From positions 27,096,001-27,160,000 of the forward strand of contig NC_086108.1 in the NCBI RefSeq assembly GCF_963921235.1: DNA of 64,000 bases. The letters run 5' to 3'. The DNA comes from Mobula hypostoma. Taxonomy: Eukaryota. The notes beneath the pieces are model-generated. The model was not told the origin of the DNA and did no database searches. It saw only the letters and a list, made by a program, of their open reading frames with translations. This document shows, one piece after another, positions 1 through 12,452 of the stretch; within the stretch, counting starts at the first letter, position 1; the number at the start of each line of letters is the position of its first letter. The translations under genes and the position numbers were made by a program.

Positions 1-814
1 AGCTGCTTCACAGACATCACAATCTGTGGGCTCATTGTGCTGCTGATTGCAGGGGCTTGGGAATAATTCAAAGCCACAAAATGTTATCAGGTGAGCTTTA
101 TAATCAAGGGATTCTCCCTGGAAGACTCAAATGCCATTACACTGCTCCCACCCTTTTTCCCCTTACTCTTTACCCGTTCCTCTGGGTCAGTGTGAAGCTG
201 ACATGGCTGCTCCCTGCCAAGGAAGCAAACAGGAATAATGATCCTGAAGCAAGAACGTCCTAATTTCACGTTTTATCTTTATGTGACTGCAAATGTCATT
301 AACTGCTTGACATAGCACCCACTTAATGTACTTAAAATGTCTAATGTTCATTTTTTTAAAAAATTTAGTCTTTTCAGAACTGTCCATGCTCCTGTTTGTT
401 CTCTTCCCAAATCAGAGCATCATCTGCATCAACTTCCACTCCTTTATGTGACATTAAAGCATCTGTGACATTATCAGTTGTAACATTTTGGAACTGCATT
501 GATCCCAAGTGATATTTTGATGTACATAGACCTGCCAGAAACACAATTAAATATGCACAACTTTAATGAATCTTGATTAGTTTCACAGCCATCCATCACA
601 ATCTGTCACAGATAGTTCGACATTGGGCAAGCTAAAGGTTTTGGCATTTAAAAGAATTCTTCCTGAGACTCAATTGATTAATGTTCGCTATTGATGGTTT
701 TATTTAATTCCGTAGGGTCATGATATATTACCATCACATTCATCAAAACAAAAATTCAACTTCTGTCCAACTGCTTTTCCAAAGCATGAACTCTTTGTGG
801 TGTCCATTTGCTCC

Positions 815-1000
815 GCGACACATTATCTGGATGTGTAGTCACACACTGAACATCCCAAAGCTGTACTGGTAAGTTAATTTACGGCTGTAAATTGTCCCCT
901 AAAGAAGGTGATCAAAAGGTGCAGATGAGCACTTGAGAGCAAGAACAATTTGCAGAACTTGGGGAAAAAAGAAGAGAAACAATATCTACTGCCCTCATTA
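815..1000 (+). mobile_element. Degenerate V-SINE/HE1-like SINE fragment
   Basis: 'catcccaaag...ggtaagttaatt...ctgtaaattgtcccct' resembles the V-SINE central domain; heavily decayed. Confidence 0.4.
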
Positions 1001-2279
1001 AGCATGCGAACACAGCTATGCAGCAAGCTAAGCAAATTCTCAAAAATTACCTAAGATGGAAACTTCCTTCATTGGTTTTTAATGGGATCACTCTGTGAAA
1101 CTGCAGAGAGTTAAGTAAATAGAGTTAAATTCAATACATAATCTTCCATCATCTGAATATACTAATACTGTTGATTATTTTCACAACCATTGTTAACCAA
1201 GATAGTATATGTACATATGCAACACTCCATAACGATGCATTATAAACAAGAGTAAACTTGCAGCAAATAGTTAAACTTAACCATATTACTTCCTTCAAAA
1301 TATATACTCTAAATATTTACCAATGTCAGCAAACACCTAAGACTCACAGATATCACAGTTTCAAGGGCAAATAAGGAGTGGAGGAAGATATACTATATCC
1401 TTCCATCACGTGCTTCAAATCAAAATAAAGACTACCCTGCACAGGAAATGATATGAAAGACAGGAAATGTTGCTCATACAAGACGAAAGGCATCTTTAGA
1501 GGCCAGGCCAAAATGGAACTAAAGGAACTGTTTTTCAGGGAACCAGTATGGCTTTAACAGGATGAATGATCTCCTGTGTCATTGTAAGTAAAAGATTTGA
1601 TAAAAACATTTTTAACTTAGAGTAAAACTTCGATTAATTGAAAGGCTTGGGTGTCGGCTAACAGATTTTTCAGGTTACTGGACATTACCCCAACTAATAA
1701 AGCAACATGCTTTTGTTTCACTTCTTTTAGATATTACACAGGAGAAAAATAAGATTTTCAGTTTAATAGGAGTGAGAAATAAATAAGTATTCTGAACTCC
1801 AGCTGCTGCTGTAAACCCATTACCATCCCCTCCCCCCATTCTTGACGCCTGGTATTATTTCAAAGCAATATAACATTTATTTAAAAACACTTCAAAGCTT
1901 GTGGTGTGCAGTGCCTCAGATCCCTTATCTCAAGTCATCAGATTCATTGGTGAGTCTAGTGATGGGACTGGGGCTCAGAGCCCTTTAAACTTGACTTCTG
2001 ACCACTATATGGCAATACTGTTCTTAGGTGAGAAAGTGCACATGAGGAAGATAGCACCAATAATTCTCCATGGAATCACTAGCCAAAGATAAATATATAT
2101 TGTTAAGTATTTATAATGTAAGAAAAGAAAGAGTTAGTTAAAGTTTTTTTTTGTTAATGGTGCTTAGTATAATTTTGCCCACGGATTTCTTTGCACAATT
2201 AAAACCACAGCGGTTAATGAAATAATGTCGCCAAGATTAGCTGAGGGATTAGAAGTAGAAAGTTGCTGTCAGTGGTTGT

Positions 2280-3030
2280 GTTTCTTTTTCAGATTGGAGA
2301 TACGTTTTGCTAAGTATCAAAATCATTAAGACAGGTTTGATTTATGTTAATGATCTGGTCTTAGTTGTAAGAGGCTGTATTTCAAATTTTATAGATAGCC
2401 CAAAATTTTCAAACGCTGTAGACCTTGAAGTTAATGTCAGATTTGAAGAGGAAATAGTTTAATAAATCAGGCAGACCTGTAGCTGATTGAAGCTTAATGT
2501 AGAGAAGTGTGATGGGATAGATCTCAGTGGGCAGAATGAGGGGAGTTGACATAAACTTACAGAGGATGTAGAAATAAGGAAACTTGAAGATAAATGTGCA
2601 CGAACTAAGAAAGTAGCAGAATAAGTTAAGAAAATGGTTAGTAAAAGTGGAATTCATGCCTTTAATAACAACTGCATTAAGCTCAAAAGCAAGGAAGCTT
2701 CATGCCAGACCTTTCTATAGCATCAATTAGACCCCTCAGTGGAAGTCAATTCTGAGTACTCAACTGCATTTAATTGTGACCACAAAAGGTGGCTAAAGAA
2801 TCAGAGGTGATCTGGCACAGCAATCTTTTTCACATCAAATTGTTATAATTGTAAATTCCCTGAAAGGAGTGAGGAAGCAGCCTCAATTTTGACTTCCAAA
2901 ACAGAATTGTGCTAAAAAAATCTACAAAGAATATTGTAGGGTTGTGGAGAAGGAGCAGGGGAGAGGGGTCAACTGGATTATTTTCTCAATGAGCCAGCAG
3001 GCTGGGCTGTATAACTTACCTCTATGGTTC
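2280..3030 (+). mobile_element. Old, decayed CR1 LINE 3' fragment
   Basis: Eroded RT-end and 3'UTR motifs similar to the younger CR1 copies in this window; no open frame. Confidence 0.5.
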
Positions 3031-3214
3031 CACAATATCACTGTGTAGTAACTGCACCTTTCTTTATCTGTCATAATTGTTCCTTTCAACTCAACATTCT
3101 TGGCTTATGTCACATATCTTTTGGTTTTAACACTTCATTCCATTTCTGCCCAAGCTCAGATAACATGCAACGATTTCATTGTTCTTTTTATGACAATCTC
3201 TAACATAGAACAGT

Positions 3215-3520
3215 TGGCGCGTGGCCAGGCGGTTCAGGTGTACGTCTAGTGATCTGCAGGTCGCTAGGTTCGAGCCTTGGCTGAGGCAGCGTGTGTGTCC
3301 TTCAGCAAGGCATTTAACTGCACATTGCTCTGTGATAACACTGGTGCCAAGCTGTATGAGTCCTAATGCCCTTCCCTTGGACAAAATCGGTGGCATGGAG
3401 AGGGGAGACTTGCAGCATGGGAAGCTACTGGTCTTCCATACAACCTTGCCCAGGCCTGCCCCCTGGAAACCTTCCAAGGCGCAAATCCATGATCTCATGA
3501 GACTAACGGATGCCTATATA
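3215..3520 (+). mobile_element. tRNA-derived SINE with CORE-like middle and RTE-like 3' part
   Basis: A box TGGCCAGGCGG (~3222), B box GGTTCGAGCC (~3267), 'gtgtccttcagcaaggcatttaac' CORE-like segment; 3' ~180 bp aligns by eye to 56617-56800. Confidence 0.75.
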
Positions 3521-3539
3521 TACAAACAGGTTTGTATAA

Positions 3540-4250
3540 GTATAGAACAGTACAGCACAGAATAGGGCCTTCAGCCCACAATATTGTAATGAACTTTTAA
3601 CCTACTCTAAAGTCAATCTAATCCTTCTCCTCCACATAGCCCTCTATTTACCTTTCATCCATTTGCCTACCTAAGAGTCTCTTAAATGTCCCTAATATAT
3701 CTGCCCCTACCACCAACCTTGCAGCACTGGAAGTTGGTATCATACCCAGGCTGCTAGACCTATAAGGCAGCAGCTTTGCTGGCTGTGCAACTCTGTAACC
3801 CCATATTCTTCATTTCCTAACACCATGTTGAGTTATTGTGATCAAGATTAGTGCTCCAATAAACTTCAAATTATTTTTATTTTATTATTTGTCATTAAGT
3901 TTTGGGCAGCTCAATGTTGCAACTGTATAAAAGTTTGTTTATGCTACATTTGAGAAATTGTTGTTTAGATTACCTTGTTGCAGGAAGGACCTGGAAGCAA
4001 AGGAGAGGATACAGGAAAGGTTTATCAGAATGCTGCCTGGGTTAGAGTGAACAAACTAGGAGGGATTGAATGAACTCCGGAGCAGCAGAAGCTCATAGGT
4101 GACCAGATATAAGTTTATAATATTATGAGAAGAATAAATAAGGAAGATAGAGTCCTTTTCCCAAGTTGTTTATGCCAAATACCAGAAGGTTTAGCCTTAT
4201 GATGAGTAGTCAGGTTTTGTTTTACACAGAGAGTGAAGCTTCATGGAATG
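3540..4250. mobile_element. CR1 fragments (minus-strand 3' tail ~3540-3725; plus-strand RT end ~3900-4250)
   Basis: 'agaacagtacagcacagaatagggccttcagcccaca' CR1 tail; decayed 'LQLYK...RMLPG'-type coding remnant. Confidence 0.55.
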
Positions 4251-5212
4251 AAAAAAAAAACATAGGGTACAGAGCATAGAACAGCACAACACAAGAACAG
4301 GACTTTCGGCCCAAAATGTGGTGGAAACTACCTAAAAAGTACACAAAAAAAAAACAAGATATTAATCCCTTCTACCTACATAATGTCCATATCCTTCCAT
4401 CTTCCTCACAGTCATGTGCCTATCTAAACATCCCTTAAAAGCCTCTGATGTATTTATTCTACCACCTTCCAGACAGTGCATTCCAGGTATCCACCACTTT
4501 CTGAGTGAAAAACCTATCCCTCACATCCCCTTTGAACCTACCCCCGCTCACCTCAATGCATGCCCCCTCATATTAGACATTTCAACCCTGGGAAACAGAT
4601 GCTGCCTGTCTACTCTATCTGTGCCTCTCATAATCTTATAACCTTCTTCAAGATAAAGTGTAAAGGTACTTTATCTGAATGCCCGTAGTAGTCATAACAA
4701 GGTCAGTGAACTGTGGCACAAATCAGTATAAAGGGGTATGATTTAGTGGCCATTGCAGAAACGTGGTTGCAGGGTGGAAAATTCAGAAAACATTATAAAG
4801 CAACAAAGAACCACAAAGCAAGCAATAGAGAAAGGGAATATAGATAATGAAATTAAACTAGCACAAAATATAAAAATGGATAGTAAAAGTTTTTATAATT
4901 ATGTAAAGTGGAAAAGGGTGGCCAAAGTAAACATAGGTTCCTTGGAGGACAAGAAGGGGGAATTGATACTGGGTAATAAGGAAATGGCCGAGGCTTTGAA
5001 TGAGTATTTTGTGTCAGTTTTCATGGTGGAGTTTACCTCTAACATGCCAAAGAGAGATGTTATGGATGTGATGGGAGGTGAGGACCTCAATACAATAGCT
5101 ATTTCCAAAAAGGTAGCACCTGAGTAAACTTGTGGGCCTAAAGATAGACAAGTACCCTGGTCCTGATGGAATGGATCCCAAGATACTGAAAGAAATGGCA
5201 GAGATTATAGTT

Positions 5213-5875
5213 TAGATTTTTTAGATTAGGAGAACACTCAGTCCTCTTTCATTGTCATTTAGAAATGCATATATGCATTTAGAAATGATACAATGTTTCT
5301 CCGGAGTGATATCACAGAAAACAGGAAAAACCAAAGACTAATATTGACCGAACCACATAATTATAATGTATAGTTACAGCAGTGCAAAGCAATACCATAA
5401 TTTGATGAAGAACAAACCAAGGGCACGGTAAAAAAAGTCTCAAAAATCCCCGAGTCGATCGACTCCCGAGTCCCCGATAGCAGGTGGCAAAAGGGAGAAA
5501 CTCTCTACCATAAACCTCCAGGCACCATCAACTTGCCGATGCCTTGGAAGCAGCTGACTCTGAGTCCATCCTTCCGAAAACTTCGAGCTTCTGACCAGCC
5601 TCTCCGATACAGCCTCCCGAGCGCCATCCTCTGCCGAGTGCCTTCGACCTAGTCCCAGCCGCTGAAACAAGCAAAGCCGAGGATTTCGAGGCCTTATGCT
5701 CCAGAGATTCCGGTTACCAGGCAGTAGCAGCGGCAACAAAGCGGGCATTTCGGAAGTTTTCCAGATGTTCCTCTATACTCTCACTTCCGTCTCCATCAAA
5801 TCAGAATTGTGCACGGTCCCCTACTTGACAGATAACAGATATTCATCACCAGAGAGGCCGCGTGCGCTGCCATCG
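5213..5875 (-). mobile_element. Unclassified non-coding retroposon (GC-rich 5' head, simple-repeat tail) inserted in CR1
   Basis: CR1 resumes across it (gagattatagtt | gaggttttgatgata); minus strand starts GATGGCAGCGCACGCGGCC and ends in TCTAA-type repeats; no clear TSD. Confidence 0.6.
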
Positions 5876-6096
5876 AGGTTTTGATGATAACTTACAAAAA
5901 TTCTCTGTACTCTGGGCAGGTCCCAATGGATTGGAAGAAGGCAAATGTCATGCCAATGTTCAAAGAAGGATGTAGGCAAAAGGCAGGTTACTATAAGCCA
6001 AACAACAGGAATTCTGCAGATGCTGGAAATTCAAACAACACACATCAAAGTTGCTGGTGAATGCAGCAGGCCAAGCAGCATCTATAGGAAGAGGTG

Positions 6097-6134
6097 CAGT
6101 CGACGTTTCAGGCCGAGACCCTTCGTCAGGACTA
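6097..6134 (-). ncRNA. Minimal type I hammerhead ribozyme motif, intact core
   Basis: Minus strand AGTC-CTGACGA-AGG gtctcgg CCT-GAAA-C-GTC-GACT; CUGANGA and GAAA core, palindromic ACGT stem III. Confidence 0.85.
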
Positions 6135-7872
6135 ACTGAAGGAAGAGTGAGTAAGGGATTTGAAAGTTGGAGGGGGAGGGGGAGATACAAAATGATAGGA
6201 GAAGACAGGAGGGGGAGGGATAGAGCCGAGAGCTGGACAGGTGATAGGCAAAAGGGGATACAAGAGGATCATGGGACAGGAGGTCCGGGAAGAAAGACGG
6301 GGGGGGGGTGACCCAGAGGATGGGCAAGAGGTATATTCAGAGGGACAGAGGGAGAAAAAGGAGAGTGAGAGAAAGAATATGTGCATAAAAATGAGTAACA
6401 GATGGGGTACAAGGGGGAGGTGGGGCCTTAGCGGAAGTTAGAGAAGTCGATGTTCATGCCATCAGGTTGGAGGCTACCCAGACGGAATATAAGGTGTTGT
6501 TCCTCCAACCTGAGTGTGGCTTCATCTTTACAGTAGAGGAGGCCGTGGATAGACATGTCAGAATGGGAATGGGATGTGGAATTAAAATGTGTGGCCACTG
6601 GGAGATCCTGCTTTCTCTGGCGGACAGAGCGTAGATGTTCAGCAAAGCGGTCTCCCAGTCTACGTCGGGTCTCACCAATATATAAAAGGCCACATCGGGA
6701 GCACCGGACACAGTATATCACCCCAGTCGACTCACAGGTGAAGTGATGCCTCACCTGGAAGGACTGTTTGGGGCCCTGAATGGTGGTAAGGGAGGAAGTG
6801 TAAGGGATGAGGCTTTTCATTCTAGGACGAGGGAGATGTCTTCCTTTTTTAAAGAAAGGGGCTTCCCTTCCTCCACTATCAACTCTGCTCTTAAACGCAT
6901 CTCCCCCATTTCACGTACATCTGCTCTCACTCCATCCTCCCACCACCCCACTAGGAATAGGGATCCCCTGGTCCTCACCTACCACCCCACCAGCCTCTGG
7001 GTCCAACATATTATTCTCCGTAACTTCCGCCACCTCCAACGGGATCCCACCACTAAGCACATCTTTCCCTCCCCCACTCTCTCTGCATTCCGCAGGGATC
7101 GCTCCCTACACAACTCCCTTGTCCATTCGTCCCCCCCAACCCTCCCCACTGATCTCCCTCCTGGCACTTATCCGTGTAAGCGGAACAAGTGCTACACATG
7201 CCCTTACACTTCCTCCCTTACCACCATTCAGGGCCCCAAACAGTCCTTCCAGGTGAGGCATCACTTCACCTGTGAGTCGACTGGGGTGATATACTGCGTC
7301 CGGTGCTCCCAATGTGGCCTTTTATATATTGGTGAGACCCGACGTAGACTGGGAGACTGCTTTGCTGAACATCTACGCTCTGTCCGCCAGAGAAAGCAGG
7401 ATCTCCCAGTGCCACACATTTTAATTCCACATCCCATTCCCATTCTGATATGTCTATCCACGGCCTCCTCTACTGTAAAGATGAAGCCACACTCAGGTTG
7501 GAGGAACAACACCTTATATTCCGTCTGGATAGCCTCCAACCTGATGGCATGAACATCGACTTCTCTAACTTCCGCTAAGGCCCCACCTCCCCCTCGTACC
7601 CCATCTGTTACTCATTTTTATGCACACATTCTTTCTCTCACTCTCCTTTTTCTCCCTTTGTCCCTCTGAATATACCTCTTGCCCATCCTCTGGGTCACCC
7701 CCCCCCTTGTCTTTCTTCCCGGACCTCCTGTCCCATGATCCTCTCGTATCCCCTTTTGCCTATCACCTGTCCAGCTCTCGGCTCTATCCCTCCCCCTCCT
7801 GTCTTCTCCTATCATTTTGCATTTCCCCCTCCCCCTCCAGCTTTCAAATCCCTTACTCACTCTTCCTTCAGT

Positions 7873-7910
7873 TAGTCCTGACAAAGGGTCTCGGCCTGAA
7901 ACGTCGACTG
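7873..7910 (+). ncRNA. Hammerhead motif with core mutation (G8 to A)
   Basis: Same motif but CTGACAA at 7878-7884, consistent with CpG decay. Confidence 0.75.
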
Positions 7911-9007
7911 CACCTCTTCCTATAGATGATGCTTGGCCTGCTGCGTTCACCAGCAACTTTGATGTACGTTACTATAAGCCAGTTAGTTTAACATCTGTAG
8001 TTGGGAAAATGCTTCAATCTATCATTAAAGAAGAAATAGCGAGGCATCTGGAAAGAAATGGATCCATCAGGCAGACACAGCATGGATTCAGCAAAGGCAG
8101 GTCCTGTTTAACAAACTTACTGGAGTTCTTTGAGGACTTAGCAGGCGCAGTGGATAGAGGGGAACAGCTGGATGTTATTTACTTAGATTTCTGGAAGTGT
8201 TTGATAAAATCCACATAAAAGACTTATCCATAAGATAAGAATGCATAGATTTGGGGGTAATTTATTAGTATTGATAAAGAATTGGTTAACCAATAGAAAG
8301 CAGAGAGTTGGGTGTTTCTCTGGTTGGCAATCAGTGGTGAGTGGTGTGCCACAGGGGTTGGTGCTGGGCCTGCAACTGTTAATTATATACATTAATGATC
8401 TGGAAGAGGGGACAGATTGTAGTTTGCTGATGACTCTAAATTGAGTGGAAAGGCAAATTTTGTAGCAGATATGGAGCGTCTGTGGGGAGATATAAATAGG
8501 TTAAGTGAGTGGGTAAGGGTCTGGCAGATGGAGTACAATGTTGGTAAATGCGAGGTCATCCACTTTGGAAGAAAAATTGGAAGAATACATTATTATTTAT
8601 ATGGTAAAAATTTGAGCATGCTGCTGTACAGAAGGACTTGGGAGTGCTTGCCTATGAATCACAAAAGCTTGGTTTGCAGGTACAGCAGGCTATCAAGAAG
8701 GCAAATGGAATGTTGTCCTTCATTGCTAGAGGATTAAATTTAAGAGCAGGGAGGTTATGGTGCATCTGTACAGAGTACTAGCAAGGCTGCATCTGGAGTA
8801 CTGCATGCAGTTTTGGTCTCCTTACTTGAGGAAGGATATACTGGTTTTGGAGGTGATGCAGAGGAGGTTCACCAGGTTAATTCCAGAGACGAGGGGTTTA
8901 GACTATGAGGAGAGATTGAGTCACCTGGAATTGTACTCACTGCAGTTCAGAAGGATAAGAGATCTTATAGAAACATATAAAATTATGAAAAGAATAGATA
9001 AGATAGA

Positions 9008-9405
9008 TGGCATGAACATTGAATTCTCCAACTTCCGTAATTCCCTCCCCCTCCCTTCCCTCATCCCAGTTTCACTCTGCCCCCTCCTCCAGCTGCCTAT
9101 CACCCCCCTCATGGTTCCGCCTCTTTCCACTACCCACTGTGCTCCCCCCTATTCCTTCTTCACCTTTCCTACCTCTCCCCTCCCCCACCCCTTGACCTTT
9201 CACTTGGCACCTACCAACCTTCTCCTTCCCACCCTTCCCCCAACTTCTTTATAGGGCCCCTGCCCCCTCCCTCTTCAGTCCTGACAAAAGGTCTCGGCTC
9301 AAAACATTGACTGTTCATTTCCACAGATGCTGCCCGACCTGCTGAGTTCTTCCAGCGTGTTGTACGTGTTGCTTTCACCCCAGCATCTGCAAAGAATTTT
9401 GTGTT
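9008..9405 (+). mobile_element. Penelope 3'-end fragment (second subfamily) with degenerate hammerhead at ~9276-9313
   Basis: Starts DGMNIEFSNFR like the Penelope C-terminus; 14-bp TSD ATAGATAAGATAGA at 8994-9007 and 9406-9419. Confidence 0.85.
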
Positions 9406-12400
9406 ATAGATAAGATAGAGGCAGGAATGTTGTTTCTGCTGGTAGATGAGACCAGAACTAGGGGACATAGCCTCAAGATTCGGGGAAGTAAATTTAGGAT
9501 GGAGGTGAGGAGGAATTGCTTTTTCCAGAGAGTAGTGAATCTGTGGAGTTCTTTGCTCAATGAAGCAGTGGAGGCTACCTCAGTAAATATATATAAGACA
9601 AAGTTGGATAAGTTTTTGCATCGTAGGGGAATTAAGGGTTATGGGGAAAAGGCAGGTAAGTGGAGATGAGTCCATGGTCAGATCACCCATGATCTTATTG
9701 AATAGTGGAGCAAGGTCAAAGGGCCAGATGGCCTACTCCTGACCCTATATCTAATGTTCTTATGTTTTTACGTTCCTTCAGATCTCCCCTCAGCCTCTGC
9801 CGCTACAAAGAAAACAACCCAAGTTCATCTAGCCTCTCACGATAGCACATGCCCTGAAATGCAGGAAGCATCCTGGTAAATCTCTTCTGCATCCCCTCTA
9901 AAGCCTCAACATTCTTTCTATAGTGGGTGACCAGAACTGTATGCAATATTCCAGATATGCCCTAACCAGAATTTTATAAAGTTTCAACATAACCTCTTGA
10001 CTTTTGAACTCAATGCCTCGACTAATAAAAGCAAGTATTCCATAAACCTTCTTAACCACCGTGTTGACCTTTTTACCCATTTTCATGGAGTTATAAACTT
10101 GGACCCCAAGATCTCTCTGTTCAGCAACACTGTTAAGGGTCTTGCCCTTAATAATGTACCATCTCCAAGAGCATCTGCACTACCAAGATGCAACACCTGT
10201 CATTTATCTGGGTTGAACTTCATCTGATATTTCTCTGCCATTACCTGCAACTGATCTGTATTGTGTTGTATTCTTTGCCAGTTTTTTACACTATCCACAA
10301 CTCTATCAATCTTGGTATCATCCACAAACTTCCTAACCCACACATCTACATTTTCAACCAGATCATTTATATACATCTCAATCAACAGAGGCCTCAGCAC
10401 AGATCCCTGTGGTACACCATTAATTACAGACCTCCAGCTGAGTCCCTTCAATCGCTACTTTCTGTTTGCAATGTGCAAGCCAGTTCTGAATCCAAGTAGG
10501 CAATTTGCCACGGATTCCATGCATCTTAATCCTCTGGATTAGCCTCTCATGAAGGATTTTGTCAAATACCTTACCAAAATCCATGTAGATGACATCCACT
10601 GCTCTACTTTCATCAATCTCTCTCATCACCTTGTCAAAAAACTCAATCAAGTTGCAAAGACATTACCTGTCCCACACAAAGCCATGCTGCCTCTCTCTAA
10701 TTTGGCTTTGGGTTTCCAAATGCTCATATTTCCTATCCCTAAGAATTTTCTCCAACAATTTCACTACAACTAATGTGATAATCACCGGTCTATAGTTTCC
10801 AGGATTCTCCATTGTCCCCTTCTTGAATAGAGGTTACACCATTAGCCAATCACCAGTCCTTCGGGACCTCACCGGTGGCTCGAGAGGACACAAAGATACT
10901 GGTCAAGGTTCCAGCAATCTCATCTCTTGCTTCCTTCAATAATCTGGGGTAAATCCCATCAGGCTCTGGTGAATTATCCACCTGAATGCTCATTAGGAGG
11001 CCCAGCACTTCCTCCTCCTTGACCTCTAAAGGTCCTAATGTATTTTTGCACTCAGCACTGATCTCCTGGTCTTTCAAGATCTTTTCCTTGGTAAATACTG
11101 AAACAAGGTACACTACTCATTATGTACCCCACTCACATTCTCCGCATCCAAGCAAATGTTCCCCCGTTTATCTTTGCGTGGTCCCACCCTCTCCCTCGTT
11201 ATCCTCTTGCTCTTGATATGTGTATAGAATTCCATGGGATTCACCTTAATCCTACTTGCCAAGGACTTTTCATGGCCCCTCCTGGCTTTCCTAAATCCCT
11301 TCTTCAGTTCTTTTCTGGCTTCTTCAGAGTACTCATGTGTTCTATTTGATCCTGACTTCCAAAACTATGAATACTTATCCTTTTACTTCTTGATCAAATG
11401 GATTACCTCTCTGGACATCCAACTTTCCCTTATCTTTCCATCCTTGTTCTTCCTTCTAACAGGAACATACCTTTCCTATACTCTGTGCAATTGATCTTTA
11501 AAAACCCTCCACATATCTGATGTGGAGTTGCCAGAAAAATGGTGTTCCCAATTAACTCTTCTTAGTTCCTGCCAAATGCCCCTGTAATTTGCCCTGCTCT
11601 AATTTAAAATGATGGAAGCAGATACAAAAGAAATATTTACACAGTTACATGAATAGACATGGATTGGAGGGATATAGAGCAGGTGAAGGCAGATGGGAGG
11701 AGTTAACATTGGCAACATGGCTATCTTTAAGCCCACAGTGACCCACAGCCATCGTATACATATAGATCTATTTCTATGCTATACTGTACTGTGCAGGTTG
11801 AGCAGCACCTATAGATGGAAAAGACTTGTCGATATTTTGGGTTGAAACATTGCATCAGGAATGTACCATGACTAAGTACTCATATTGTTATTCTACAGTA
11901 GTGATTAGAGTTGTAGAGGTTGGTTCAAGAATCAAAAAGCTGAATAGAAGGAGCTGTTTTTGAACCTAGTTATGTGAGCACTCAGGTTTCTGCAACTTGC
12001 TCCATAGATAGTGTCTGAATATTTCCAAGATCTGTTTCCATTCCAGTTTTCCAGTGTTGGCAAAATTTGCTCTGAGGATATTCAGAGCTTTCAAAGAGAT
12101 GATTTCCAGATGAAGAGTCTTAACCCAAAACATCAATACATTGACTTTGCGTTTCCCCCCATAAATGCTGCCTGACCCATTGGGTTTTTCCAACAGATTG
12201 ATCCTCCAGAATCCAGTATGGAGACTCTTGTGTCTCCTATGCTACTTATTGTTTATTGTCACACTGACGGGATAGTGTTCTTCTATTAAAACCACCAATG
12301 TTACGGCATTAATGTTACATCGGCTGGATTAGATAAGAAAGTCAATTTTCTTTCTTGAAAGGTCATTAGTGAAAGATACAGGATTTTAAAAGCCTTACTG

Positions 12401-12452
12401 GCAACTTATTGGTCATTTAGTGGTGTTGGTTCACAAATCCTTAGTGAAATAA

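Larger units (their letters stand above)
6001..7967. mobile_element. Penelope-like (Neptune-type) insertion, head-to-head inverted: minus arm 6001-6806, plus arm 6805-7967
   Basis: GIY-YIG motif VIYCVRCSRCGLLYIGET on both strands; Cys linker YPCKRNKCYTCP; 14-bp TSD GTTACTATAAGCCA at 5987-6000 and 7968-7981. Confidence 0.93.
4655..9770 (+). mobile_element. CR1 LINE ORF2 pseudogene with an internal deletion near 4780, interrupted by three inserts
   Basis: ORF pieces YKPVSLTSVVGK, QHGFSKGRSCLTNLLEFFED, GVPQGLVLG, HLEYCMQFWSPYLRKD, TRGHSLK, FFQRVVNLW; CR1 3' tail to ~9770. Confidence 0.9.
4270..11610 (-). mobile_element. CR1 LINE split into 4270-4652 (3' end) and 9771-11610 (RT region) by a second CR1
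   Basis: Minus ORFs with [15 protein letters not shown] and YLEYCIQFWSP motifs; sequence runs continuously across the insert ('taatcttataacc...' to 'gatctcccctcagcc'). Confidence 0.8.

Noticed and set aside
57..387. Short ORFs at the window start as host gene exons
   Set aside because: No recognisable domain or splice structure; cannot be excluded without upstream sequence.
3215..3290. tRNA gene
   Set aside because: A and B boxes are present but run into a SINE body, with no clean acceptor stem or terminator.
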